A stretch of DNA of 64,000 bases from assembly GCA_045636025.1 (NCBI GenBank), contig JAZTWP010000051.1:5957-69956 (forward strand). Reading direction: 5' to 3'. The notes under the pieces are model-generated. The model was given only the letters and a program-made list of their open reading frames with translations, made no database searches and was not told where the DNA came from. The stretch comes from Acutalibacteraceae bacterium (GTDB lineage Bacteria; Bacillota; Clostridia; Oscillospirales; Acutalibacteraceae). Below, in pieces: positions 52,036 to 61,354 of the stretch (positions are counted from its first letter, which is position 1; each line of letters begins with the position of its first letter). A program made the translations under genes and the position numbers.

Positions 52036-55017
52036 TTAAAATGTGTCGAGCTGAGCTGCGACTCTGAGAATCTTTCTTGCGTCGATTGCGTTGACTTTGC
52101 CATCGCCTGTTACATCAAAAACAGCAATGGGCTGATTGTAGTTTTCCGTTTTGTCAAGCTGGGCTGAGATTCTGAGAACGATTCTTGCATCGATTGCATT
52201 GACCTTTCCGTCACCGTTTGCATCACCGAGGATGTAAGAAACATCGGGTTCATCGGGAACATCGGGTTCGTCGGGTTCTGTGGGAATTTCAGGTTCAGAC
52301 GGAGTAGAAGGCTCTGTTTCTTCCAATGTTGCATTGTTGTTTTCTGCATAAGAGGGAGCCATTGAGTTTTTGTCGCCACGGACAGTTATGCCATCTGAAA
52401 CAGCAATGTTGTTTGCGTCTGACATATCAGACAAATCTGCATTTTCGTTGAATGTGTAGCCGAGACCGATTATGCCGAAAGACTGTGTGTTCTGCAGAAC
52501 ATCGTCTGTGTAAGTGTCGGGTTTTGCATCGCTGTTGAAAGTTACGTCTTTAAGGTTTGCACAGCCGAAAAATGCACCTACACCAACTGTTTGTGTGCTT
52601 TCGGGAAGGACATATTTTTCAATGTCTGTTTTTGCAGGCATCTGAATGAGGAATGTTTTGTCCTTGTTGAACAGAACGCCGTATTCGTCTGTGCAGTAAT
52701 TTGCATTGTCTTCGGCAACGGCAATTTCCTTAAGATTAATTGTGCCGAAGAATGCACCTGAGCCGATTTCTGTTACGCCTGAGTTGATGCGGAATGATTC
52801 AAGAGAAATACAGTTCATAAATGCATATCTGCCGATGGTTGAGCTTCCTGCAGAATTTCTTAATGAAAATGTGCTGATGCCTGAAGCATTATCTTTGAAT
52901 GTAATGTTTGTCAGTGAAGTGCAGTTTGTAAATGCGAAGTCTCCGATATTGCCGATATTTCCGCTGATTGTCACCGTTTCAAGCGCAGTGCAATTTTCGA
53001 ATGCATTATTGCCGAAAGAAGCAGCATTGCCTTTGATTGTAACCGTTTGCAGCGAAGTGCATCCTAAGAATGCGGCATTTCCGATTGAATCAGCATCACC
53101 TTCGATTGTGACTTCTTTCAGAGCGAGAGAGCCTGCAAATGCGTAGTCACCGATGTCTGTAGCATTTTCTCCGATAATTACAGCTTCCAGATTGTCGCAA
53201 CGCATAAATGCCTGATTGCCTATTAATGTTATTGAATCGGGAAGACGGAGAGTGCCTCTGAGTCCTTCACACCAGGCAAATGTGCCGTCATTGATTGTTG
53301 TGATTGACTCGGATAAAAAGATTTCTGACAGATTTGTGCATTTGAAGAATAAATAGGCAGGGATGTTGGTTACATTTTTGCCGAAGAATACTATCATACC
53401 ATCGGGACTGCCTGAGTCTGAAAAGATAAATGGGGGAGACTGGAAATCTTTGACTTTATTTGTTTCCCAGTTGATTGTTTTAAGACCTGTGCATTCGGAA
53501 AAAGCATTTTCACCAATGGTTGTGACAGATTCTTCAATAGTTATTACTTTTAACTTTTCACAGCTCATGAAAGCGCATTTTCCTATGTTTTCAAGTGCGC
53601 TGAGTGTTGGCAGGTCGCTGAGATTTCTGCAATATGCAAAGGCATATTCTCCTATGTCTGTGACTTTTGCGGGCAGGTAGTCTGACGTATAAATGCCTGC
53701 GATTCCTGATTCTGAGAATGCATAATCACCGATGTTTTTTACAGAATCAGACAGAATTATGTTTTTAAGATATTGGCAATGATATGCAAAATATGAGGGG
53801 ACGGTTGTTATATTGTCACCGAATGTTATGCTCAAGCCTGATTCGTTGTTGCCTGAGTCGTAAAAGATGCCGCTTTCATCAGAAAATTCTGTGATTTTGT
53901 CTGCATTCCAGTAAATTTTTCTCAAACCGTTGCAGTTTGCAAAAGCTCCTTCACCGATTGAAGTTACAGAAGCGGGAATTGTAACGGTTGTGATGCTGTT
54001 GCAACCGAAGAAAGCAATATTTCCGATTGATGTGACTGAGTCGGGTAAAATAACTTCTGTAAGGTTATTGCAACCGAAGAAAGCAGACTGACCGATTGAT
54101 TTGACAGAGTCTGAAATGGTGACAGTTTTAAGATTATTGAAAGTATAGAATAAATATGCGGGGATGTGTGTTACATTGTTGCCGATTACGAGATTTACTT
54201 CGTTTGTTGCGGGGGCTGAATCGCTGAATATAATGGGAGGGTTTGTAAAATCGCCTGTTTTATCTGTATTCCAGTTGATTTCTGTAAGTGCTGTGCAGTG
54301 AGTAAATGCATATTCTCCGATGAAAGAAACTGATTCGGGAATTGTTATGCTTTCAAGTGCCGTGCAATAATTGAATGCATTGTTGCCGATTGTTGTGACA
54401 GTTGTGGGGAGTGTTATTTCTGTAAGCATTTCGCAGGAGCGGAAAGCATTGTCGCTGATAACTGTTACATCGCCGAGGAAACTTACAGTTTTGACGGGAG
54501 TGCCTGAGAAAACATTGCCGGGAATGACAGTTACATTGTTGCCGAATATAACATCAAAGCTGTCACAAGGTTCGGTATATGAAAAAATTGAGTAATAATT
54601 TGCGGAATTATCTGCATTGTTTGTATTCCAGTAAACTTTTTTAAGTGATGTGCAGTCTCTGAATGCATCCTGACCGACGGATGTTACTGATTCAGGAATG
54701 GTTATTCTTGTAAGTCCTTTGCAGGAGTCAAACGCGAAGGAGCCTATCTGCGCAACTGATTCGGGAATTGTGACAGATGTAATGCTGTTGTAATTTGCAA
54801 ATGCACCGTCACCGATTGCAGTAACGGGGTAGTCGCCGATGTTTTCAGGAATCACAACATCTGTTGCTGATTCATTGCAACCTGTAATTGTGATTTCACT
54901 GTTTGCAACGGTATAAGTCAGGTCACCGTAGGTTTCAGCCGATGCACTTATGCAAAGAGCTGTAAGGATGATGATTGAAATTGCCAGAACTGTTAAAACG
55001 TTTCGTAAGGTTTTCAT
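52036..55017 (-). CDS. BspA-type leucine-rich repeat protein with a C-terminal dockerin
   Basis: Trimmed to the ATG at 55017 (GGAGGAC RBS). A signal peptide is present. There are more than 25 repeats of the I-P-x-S-V-T-x-I-G-x-x-A-F-x-x-C-x-x-L type. A PEPxxP linker precedes the dockerin GDANGDGKVNAIDARIVL...DVTGDGKVNAIDARKIL. Confidence 0.88.
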   Translation of the reverse strand: MKTLRNVLTVLAISIIILTALCISASAETYGDLTYTVANSEITITGCNESATDVVIPENIGDYPVTAIGDGAFANYNSITSVTIPESVAQIGSFAFDSCKGLTRITIPESVTSVGQDAFRDCTSLKKVYWNTNNADNSANYYSIFSYTEPCDSFDVIFGNNVTVIPGNVFSGTPVKTVSFLGDVTVISDNAFRSCEMLTEITLPTTVTTIGNNAFNYCTALESITIPESVSFIGEYAFTHCTALTEINWNTDKTGDFTNPPIIFSDSAPATNEVNLVIGNNVTHIPAYLFYTFNNLKTVTISDSVKSIGQSAFFGCNNLTEVILPDSVTSIGNIAFFGCNSITTVTIPASVTSIGEGAFANCNGLRKIYWNADKITEFSDESGIFYDSGNNESGLSITFGDNITTVPSYFAYHCQYLKNIILSDSVKNIGDYAFSESGIAGIYTSDYLPAKVTDIGEYAFAYCRNLSDLPTLSALENIGKCAFMSCEKLKVITIEESVTTIGENAFSECTGLKTINWETNKVKDFQSPPFIFSDSGSPDGMIVFFGKNVTNIPAYLFFKCTNLSEIFLSESITTINDGTFAWCEGLRGTLRLPDSITLIGNQAFMRCDNLEAVIIGENATDIGDYAFAGSLALKEVTIEGDADSIGNAAFLGCTSLQTVTIKGNAASFGNNAFENCTALETVTISGNIGNIGDFAFTNCTSLTNITFKDNASGISTFSLRNSAGSSTIGRYAFMNCISLESFRINSGVTEIGSGAFFGTINLKEIAVAEDNANYCTDEYGVLFNKDKTFLIQMPAKTDIEKYVLPESTQTVGVGAFFGCANLKDVTFNSDAKPDTYTDDVLQNTQSFGIIGLGYTFNENADLSDMSDANNIAVSDGITVRGDKNSMAPSYAENNNATLEETEPSTPSEPEIPTEPDEPDVPDEPDVSYILGDANGDGKVNAIDARIVLRISAQLDKTENYNQPIAVFDVTGDGKVNAIDARKILRVAAQLDTF

Positions 55018-55097
55018 TGTAAGTCCTCCGCATAACAATTTTCTTTATAAAAAAATTATATTGCATTAAAGCGTAAAAGTCAATCGGAAAGTGGTTT

Positions 55098-55126
55098 ACA
55101 AAAAAACTGCCCTCGGAGAGAGCAGT
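55098..55126 (-). terminator. Intrinsic terminator of the actgccctc...gagagcagt family
   Basis: The minus-strand stem is acugcucuc / gagggcagu (one G-U pair), followed by ttttttt. Confidence 0.7.
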
Positions 55127-55137
55127 CTGTCACCGTA

Positions 55138-57459
55138 TTATTTTTTCAGAATTTCAACATTGCCTGCGTTGCCGTTTGTATATTTGCCGCCTTTGTAATA
55201 AGGCTCTGAATTGACGATTACTTCGGCACCGTCGGGAATATACAGCACAGCTTTCATATCCTCGGGAAGTGTAAGACTGATAATATATTTATCTGCGGTC
55301 TTTTTATAATCCAGTGTGATGAGTCCTTTTACGCTTGGTACTGTGCAGGTCATATTTCCCGAAAGCGAATACTGAGGATTGATTTCTGTTTTTTCATAAC
55401 CTGCCTCAAGGGGAGTGATACCTGCAAAGTGTTTGCTCATTATAACAAGCGGTCCGCCGCTCCATGCGTGATTCATTGTACCTCTCCAGGATTCCCAGAA
55501 CTCCCATAGAGTAGAGTAGTCCTCATTCATCATTCCTTCGTATCTGATTTTTATTCTGGCTGTAGCCTCTTCATATTTGCCCATTTTACAAAGGGCTTCA
55601 AGTACATAATATTCCATATAAGGACTTGAATTCTGTGTATTTATGAGTATTTCTGTTATTGTTTCATACTGCGATTTGTCTGCAAGGCCTGATAAAACCG
55701 CAAGGGCATTTGCTCTGTCATCAGGTTTGCTGACTTCTTTGCTTTTGTATCCGTTTTCTGTCAGCAGAGATTTATAACCGGTTTCAATAACAGACTTTCT
55801 GTCTGATATAAATGAAGTATCTGCATTTTTGCCGAGAATCTGAGCCATTTCTTCCACAGATGAAAGTGCATAATAATACCATGCATTTTCAATGGCAGTC
55901 ATATCTGCCTTGCTGCCCCAGTCTGCCCAGTCCCAGGAGCCTTCTCGGTGAACAACAAGGTTATTTTCACCGATTTCCCAGAGTTTAAGATAATTGAGTG
56001 ATGCATCATAGACTTTTTGGAGGAATACCTTGTCACCTGTGTATTCATAGTAAGTGAGAAATCCCACAATACCTGCAAGCTGTTGTACGGGAAGCTCAAA
56101 ATAATCTCCGTTTATGGGCACAACGGTCTGAAGCACATCTGTATCATCAATGTGAGAAAGCATTGCATCAACACCTTTCTGATAAAGCAGATAGGAGTTG
56201 CTGTCCATTGCGTACATTGTCATAATCATTTCACTTGTGACATCGCCCCACCACTGTGCTCTTTCTCTGTCAGGACAATCCATAAAGTTATCACGCATTG
56301 TGACATAAAGAGTCCTGAGAGATTTCTGCCAGAGTGAATTCATAAATTCATCATCACAACTGAAATTACCGCTGAATTCGCTGTCATAGCCCGTTTCACG
56401 GTATTTGAGAGAAACAACAGTAACACCTCTGGGGATTTTGTAAGTTATATGCTCTCCGTTAACCCAGCCGAGAGATTCAAACTCCTGCTCACCCTCTTTT
56501 GTCACATAGGTTGTTGAAACCGCACCGATAAGGGTGTTTTCTGTTGTAATGCGGATTTTTTTACCCTCGGGCGCAATGACCTTAAGATAAGTTGTAACCT
56601 GTGCATTGTAGGGGATATCCACGGTAATTTTCTGACCGAAAAGCTTTTTTACAGTATAGTTTTCGTAGTCTTTTGAATTTTCATAATCTTTAAGACCGTA
56701 ATCTTTGAGAAGCGGTATTCCTCTCGGATAAAGACTGCCGTAAACACCCTCTCCGCCTTTGCCGTATTCGGTCGCATTTGCCCAGCCTGAGTAATCAAAG
56801 CTGTTGCTGAGCCAATCGATGTCTTTTCTTGCATCAAAATAAATACTGTATTCGGCAAGTCTGTAATTCGGCGGATAAAAAATGCTGTCGATGTAAGCAG
56901 GATTTCTGTTTACCTTCCAGCTTTTGTCGGAAAGTATGGTGATATCATCATTCACGGCTTCAAAAATGAATCCGCCCTGACCGCTTCCGTTATAGGAATA
57001 GCTTGTTTCATCATCCCAATACCAGACAAGGGCACAGATTGAGTTTTCACCTTTTTTAAGATAAGGCGCAATGTCTTTGCTGTCGTAATAACCGCTGTTT
57101 TCATCGGGACCTCGTTTTGCGCTTCCTTCAAAAATAACTGTTTCACCGTTTATGTAAAGCCAGTATTTTGAATCGGCTGAAATGTGAGCAATAAGCTCTT
57201 CAGGCTGATTATCAAGAGTGATTTTTTTGTTGAAGCACATCCATACGTTTTCTTCGTCAATATTTTCCTCATCCCATATCCATTGAGCTTTCCAGTCATT
57301 TTTTGCTTCTGTTGAAATCACACTGTATTCGGGTATATTGTCGGGAATATCATATTCATTTGTAAAGGGGACAAGCGCTGACTCTCCCCAGGAAAAAAGC
57401 GAAGAAATGCAACCTGCCGCTATCACAATGTAAGAAATAATTGTCTGTATAATCTGCAT
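55138..57459 (-). CDS. Alpha-L-rhamnosidase-like (GH78-type six-hairpin) glycoside hydrolase, N-terminally anchored
   Basis: Trimmed to the ATG at 57459 (AAGGAGAG RBS). There is an N-terminal TM/signal segment. MDCPDRERAQWWGD resembles the DCPQRDERLGWTGD motif of the GH78 catalytic domain. Confidence 0.6.
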   Translation of the reverse strand: MQIIQTIISYIVIAAGCISSLFSWGESALVPFTNEYDIPDNIPEYSVISTEAKNDWKAQWIWDEENIDEENVWMCFNKKITLDNQPEELIAHISADSKYWLYINGETVIFEGSAKRGPDENSGYYDSKDIAPYLKKGENSICALVWYWDDETSYSYNGSGQGGFIFEAVNDDITILSDKSWKVNRNPAYIDSIFYPPNYRLAEYSIYFDARKDIDWLSNSFDYSGWANATEYGKGGEGVYGSLYPRGIPLLKDYGLKDYENSKDYENYTVKKLFGQKITVDIPYNAQVTTYLKVIAPEGKKIRITTENTLIGAVSTTYVTKEGEQEFESLGWVNGEHITYKIPRGVTVVSLKYRETGYDSEFSGNFSCDDEFMNSLWQKSLRTLYVTMRDNFMDCPDRERAQWWGDVTSEMIMTMYAMDSNSYLLYQKGVDAMLSHIDDTDVLQTVVPINGDYFELPVQQLAGIVGFLTYYEYTGDKVFLQKVYDASLNYLKLWEIGENNLVVHREGSWDWADWGSKADMTAIENAWYYYALSSVEEMAQILGKNADTSFISDRKSVIETGYKSLLTENGYKSKEVSKPDDRANALAVLSGLADKSQYETITEILINTQNSSPYMEYYVLEALCKMGKYEEATARIKIRYEGMMNEDYSTLWEFWESWRGTMNHAWSGGPLVIMSKHFAGITPLEAGYEKTEINPQYSLSGNMTCTVPSVKGLITLDYKKTADKYIISLTLPEDMKAVLYIPDGAEVIVNSEPYYKGGKYTNGNAGNVEILKK

Positions 57460-57489
57460 AGGAAACTCTCCTTTATAAATGCAATTCAA

Positions 57490-58302
57490 TCAGTCTTTTT
57501 TGTTTGCGAGCTGATAGAATGCCACGGCAGAGGCGGCGGCAACATTCAGCGAGTCAACACCGTGATACATCGGTATTTTTACGGTGAAATCACAAGCTGA
57601 TATTGTCTTGTCAGAAAGTCCGTCACCTTCTGTGCCCATAACAACGGCAAGTTTCTCTGCTTTTGCGAGTGCAGGGTCGTCAATGGAGAGAGAATTATCC
57701 TTAAGCGCCATTGCAACTGTTCTGAAACCGAGAGATCTGATTTCATCAAGGTTTTCGTCTGTGAGAAATGTCCAGTCAATCTGAAAAACGGTGCCCATAC
57801 TGACTCTTGCGGCACGTCTGTACAAAGGGTCTGAACTGCCGGGAGTGAGAATTACCGCATCCATTCCGAGAGCCGCAGCAGAACGCATAATTGCACCAAC
57901 ATTTGTGGGATTCATAACATTGTCGAGTATAACGATTCTGCTTTTGTCTTTACAGAGGTCTTTTACATCGGGCAGAGGCTTCCGCTTCATTGCACACAGC
58001 ATGCCTCTTGTGAGATTGAAGCCCGTGAGCTGTGTGAGAACATCAGATTCGGCACAGAAAACGGGGATATCGGGTATTCTGTCAAGAATCGGCTTGCCCT
58101 CGCCCTCAATATGCTTTTTCTCCATAAGGCAGGAAACGGGTTCATACCCTGCATCAAGTGCACGTTCAATAACCTTGGGACTTTCTGCAATAAACAGACC
58201 CTTTTCGGGATTTCTTCTGTTCAGAAGCTGCCCCTCACTCAGACGAGCGTAAACATCAAGCGCGGGAGCCGAAAAATCTGTAATCTCAATAATTTTGCTC
58301 AT
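57490..58302 (-). CDS. TrmH/SpoU family RNA 2'-O-methyltransferase
   Basis: 270 aa. A SpoU substrate-binding-like N-terminus is followed by the SPOUT motifs LDNVMNPTNVGAIMRSAAALG, VVMGTEGDGL and IPMYHGVDSLNVAAA. Confidence 0.88.
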   Translation of the reverse strand: MSKIIEITDFSAPALDVYARLSEGQLLNRRNPEKGLFIAESPKVIERALDAGYEPVSCLMEKKHIEGEGKPILDRIPDIPVFCAESDVLTQLTGFNLTRGMLCAMKRKPLPDVKDLCKDKSRIVILDNVMNPTNVGAIMRSAAALGMDAVILTPGSSDPLYRRAARVSMGTVFQIDWTFLTDENLDEIRSLGFRTVAMALKDNSLSIDDPALAKAEKLAVVMGTEGDGLSDKTISACDFTVKIPMYHGVDSLNVAAASAVAFYQLANKKD

Positions 58303-58333
58303 AATATCACCGTCAGAATTCTGATTTATGATG

Positions 58334-58400
58334 TGATTATATCATAAAAACATCATACAATTCAATCAAAAAACAAAAACTGCCCTCTGTTGAGAGCAGT
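58334..58400 (-). promoter_or_regulatory. Terminator-plus-promoter cassette, copy C (diverged)
   Basis: On the minus strand: the hairpin ctgctctc-aaca-gagggcag plus a T-run, then TTGAAT, an 18-nt spacer and TATAAT. It terminates the GH42 gene and precedes trmH. Confidence 0.6.
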
Positions 58401-58422
58401 TATGATTCGTTTTTCAAGAAAA

Positions 58423-60393
58423 TTATAAAACTAAATAATCATTTGCGGGAATTACAGTTTCTGAACCATCCTTACGGATTATTTTCTTATCTTCATTATT
58501 GAAATTCATAACGAAAATACTGTCACCGCGTTTTCTGACAGATACACCGCAGGGTACAGAAATTTCTGAATCTGACTCAATATTTTCCTTTTCAGCTATC
58601 CATCTGCAGAAATCACCTGCAAGGTCATTGTCGTTTCTGAAAGCGACATAATATGCCTTACCTCGGCCGTATTCGTTTTCGGTAACTGACGGCAACCCTG
58701 TATAAAAATCACTCTTGTATTCACCAAGGATTTTTGAACCCTTTGAATGAATAATATCGCAGACGTGATTAACCTCATATTCCTTGCCGTTGAAAGTTGC
58801 TTTGCCTGTCATATTTTCCGGCAGAGAATCGGTTTCTTCACACCATATGCCAAAGACTTCTTTAAGACCGTTTGCAGGGAAACCGCCGAGATAACATAAA
58901 TCGTCCTTATCAACAACGGCACTCAGATAAGTCATAACAAAATTACCGCCGTTTCTGACGTACTGTTCGATTTTGCTTTCGGTTGCATCTTTCAACATAT
59001 AAAGGAACGGAGCGACAACTAAATCGTACTTTGAGAAATCATCATCCATTGATATAACATCGGCAGAAATGCCCATTTCCCAGAATGGTCTGTACCATTT
59101 GATGCACTCTGCAAAATAATCTCTGCGTTTGTTATTGTAACCGCAGAAATGATGCACAGCCCTGCTGTTATCCCAGTCACAGATAATTGCAACCTTACTG
59201 TTACAGTAAGAGCCGACAACATTACTGAGTCTTTCAAGAGCTGCACCGGTAGTTGCAACTTCTCTGAAAACTCTTGTATTTTCATTTCCGCAATGGTCAA
59301 CTACTGCACCGTGGAATTTTTCGTGACTTCCGCGGCTTTTTCTCCACTGAAAATACTGAACACTGTCTGCACCGTGAGCAACTGCCTGAATTGCAGTAAG
59401 TGTCTGCATTTTAGGTCTCGGTAATTTATTCACATCGTGCCAGTTTACAAGAGACGGTGTGCTTTCCATCATAAAGAAAGGCTGACCGTTTTTCATTGAA
59501 CGGAAAGTATCGTGACAGAATGCTGTTTCAACTGCCGCATCAATATTGCTGTCACTTTCACCGAAGCAGGGATAGTTATCCCATGATACCAGATCAAGAT
59601 GCTCTGCAAACTTCTGATAATCTATGCCGTTGTACATTCTCATAAAATTGGTTGTTACGGGAATGTCGGGTGTGATTTCACGGAGGGGAGCAATCTCATT
59701 TTCATAAAAAGAAATGTGACTGTCGGTTACAAATCTGTCCCAGCACAATTTCATTGCGGAAATATGATTTTCTCCACGGTATTTAGGTGAGTTAATCTGA
59801 CTCCAGTCGGTGATTCTGTGACTCCAGAAACCGTTCCACCAGCTGTCGTTGAGTTTTTCAAGGTCATTATCATAATATTCTTTCAGCCAATCTCTGAAAG
59901 CATTCTGACAAAGGTCGCAATGACATTCACCGCAATACTCGTTTGATATATGCCACATTTTAAGTGCAGGATGGTTTTTGTATCTTTCTGCAAGGGCACG
60001 GTTTATTGCATTTACCTTTTGACGGTAAACGGGAGATGTAAGGCAATGATTATGACGGACACCGAAATCGTTTCTGATTCCGTTTTCTTCAACTCTGAGT
60101 ACTTCGGGATATTTCTGAGAGAGCCATGCAGGTCTTGCACCTGACGGTGTTGCGAGAATAACGTCGATTCCGTTAGCGTGAAGCTTATCCATCATTTCGT
60201 CAAGCCACTTGAAATTGTACACACCTTCCAGTGGCTCAAGCATTGACCAGGAGAAGATGCCTACAGTTGCACTGTTTATGTGAGCAAGCTTCATAAGACG
60301 CATATCTTCGTCTATGATATGGGGAGTTTTAAGCCACTGGTCGGGATTATAGTCGCCGCCGTGTACAATATGATTAAAGAATTTTGTTTTCAT
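58423..60393 (-). CDS. Beta-galactosidase, glycoside hydrolase family 42
   Basis: 656 aa. The N-terminus HGGDYNPDQW, HISNEY (the acid/base Glu region) and the GH42 trimerisation/C-terminal pattern are present. There is no signal peptide. Confidence 0.9.
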   Translation of the reverse strand: MKTKFFNHIVHGGDYNPDQWLKTPHIIDEDMRLMKLAHINSATVGIFSWSMLEPLEGVYNFKWLDEMMDKLHANGIDVILATPSGARPAWLSQKYPEVLRVEENGIRNDFGVRHNHCLTSPVYRQKVNAINRALAERYKNHPALKMWHISNEYCGECHCDLCQNAFRDWLKEYYDNDLEKLNDSWWNGFWSHRITDWSQINSPKYRGENHISAMKLCWDRFVTDSHISFYENEIAPLREITPDIPVTTNFMRMYNGIDYQKFAEHLDLVSWDNYPCFGESDSNIDAAVETAFCHDTFRSMKNGQPFFMMESTPSLVNWHDVNKLPRPKMQTLTAIQAVAHGADSVQYFQWRKSRGSHEKFHGAVVDHCGNENTRVFREVATTGAALERLSNVVGSYCNSKVAIICDWDNSRAVHHFCGYNNKRRDYFAECIKWYRPFWEMGISADVISMDDDFSKYDLVVAPFLYMLKDATESKIEQYVRNGGNFVMTYLSAVVDKDDLCYLGGFPANGLKEVFGIWCEETDSLPENMTGKATFNGKEYEVNHVCDIIHSKGSKILGEYKSDFYTGLPSVTENEYGRGKAYYVAFRNDNDLAGDFCRWIAEKENIESDSEISVPCGVSVRKRGDSIFVMNFNNEDKKIIRKDGSETVIPANDYLVL

Positions 60394-60425
60394 TATGCCA
60401 CCTCTGAAAATTCAGTTTGTAAGTA

Positions 60426-60492
60426 TGATTATATCACACCATTGCCACACAATTCAATCTCAAAAACAAAAACTGCCCTCGGGTGAGAGCAG
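60426..60492 (-). promoter_or_regulatory. Terminator-plus-promoter cassette, copy A
   Basis: It is identical at 66 of 67 positions to 61280-61346. On the minus strand: the hairpin ctgctctc-accc-gagggcag plus tttttgttttt, then TTGAAT, an 18-nt spacer and TGTGATATAAT (extended -10). Confidence 0.65.
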
Positions 60493-60545
60493 CTGAAAAT
60501 ATTCAGTTGGGCAATTTGGAATTTGTCTCTCCGTCAAACTGAAAT

Positions 60546-61154
60546 TTATCTTTTGTTTAGTTTTTTGCACCAAGTCCATTTACCACATTTAGGACACTTC
60601 AATAATCTTTTTGTTGGCGTTTGCATCAACAAGGTAATCTCTTTGTAGTTAGGAACAAACATATGTTGACATTTCTTACATTCATAATAACCTGTTTCTA
60701 CCTTGAATTTAAGGGCAACAATGCAAGGAATTATAAATAGTATAACAGACACTATTATTAAAAAACTTTGAAATGGGCATTCAGGGATAAGGAGTGATAT
60801 TAAAGTTATCAGACAAATAAGTGCAATCAGGCTTGTTGTGAAAATCACACAAGCGGAATGCAGTAGTCGCTTATGATATCTTTCCTCGTTTTTTGCCATC
60901 TGAAAAATCAGTTCATTTAACTGTTCACTCTTTTGCTCCATATCAATCATTTCCCCATATAATAATTCATTTACCATGATTCCAAGCGTATCACAAAGGT
61001 TGAGCATAATATCAACATCGGGCATTGCTTTGCCTGTTTCCCATTTGGATATTGCTCTGTCGGTTATACCCAATTTTTCTGCCAACTGTGCCTGTGTAAG
61101 ATTTTTCTTTTTTCTGCACTCGGCAATAAACTTTCCTACTTTGATTTGGTCCAT
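60546..61154 (-). CDS. XRE-family HTH regulator with two TM helices and a C-terminal CxxC...CxxC zinc ribbon
   Basis: 202 aa. The HTH is LTQAQLAEKLGITDRAISKWETGKAMPD. Two hydrophobic helices follow. The C-terminus contains CKKCQH...CPKCGK. The RBS is AAAGGAGG. Confidence 0.85.
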   Translation of the reverse strand: MDQIKVGKFIAECRKKKNLTQAQLAEKLGITDRAISKWETGKAMPDVDIMLNLCDTLGIMVNELLYGEMIDMEQKSEQLNELIFQMAKNEERYHKRLLHSACVIFTTSLIALICLITLISLLIPECPFQSFLIIVSVILFIIPCIVALKFKVETGYYECKKCQHMFVPNYKEITLLMQTPTKRLLKCPKCGKWTWCKKLNKR

Positions 61155-61206
61155 AGGCTACCTCCTTTTACTTTAATTGTAGTGCCTTTTAAGGAAAACA
61201 ACACGA

Positions 61207-61241
61207 ACCAATGGTTGAAAGGGGAGATATCAACCATTGGT
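61207..61241. promoter_or_regulatory. Perfect 12-bp inverted repeat upstream of the XRE gene (candidate autoregulatory operator)
   Basis: accaatggttga (61207-61218) and tcaaccattggt (61230-61241) are separated by 11 nt. The repeat lies between the cassette promoter and the XRE start codon. Confidence 0.5.
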
Positions 61242-61279
61242 AGAGTGAAAATCAACCGTCAAATTCTTGTTTGTCAATC

Positions 61280-61346
61280 TGATTATATCACACCATTGCC
61301 ACACAATTCAATCTCAAAAACAAAAACTGCCCTCGGGGGAGAGCAG
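61280..61346 (-). promoter_or_regulatory. Terminator-plus-promoter cassette, copy B
   Basis: This is the same 67-bp sequence as 60426-60492, with one T/G difference in the hairpin loop. It terminates the oxidoreductase gene and precedes the XRE gene. Confidence 0.65.
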
Positions 61347-61354
61347 TCTGTAAT

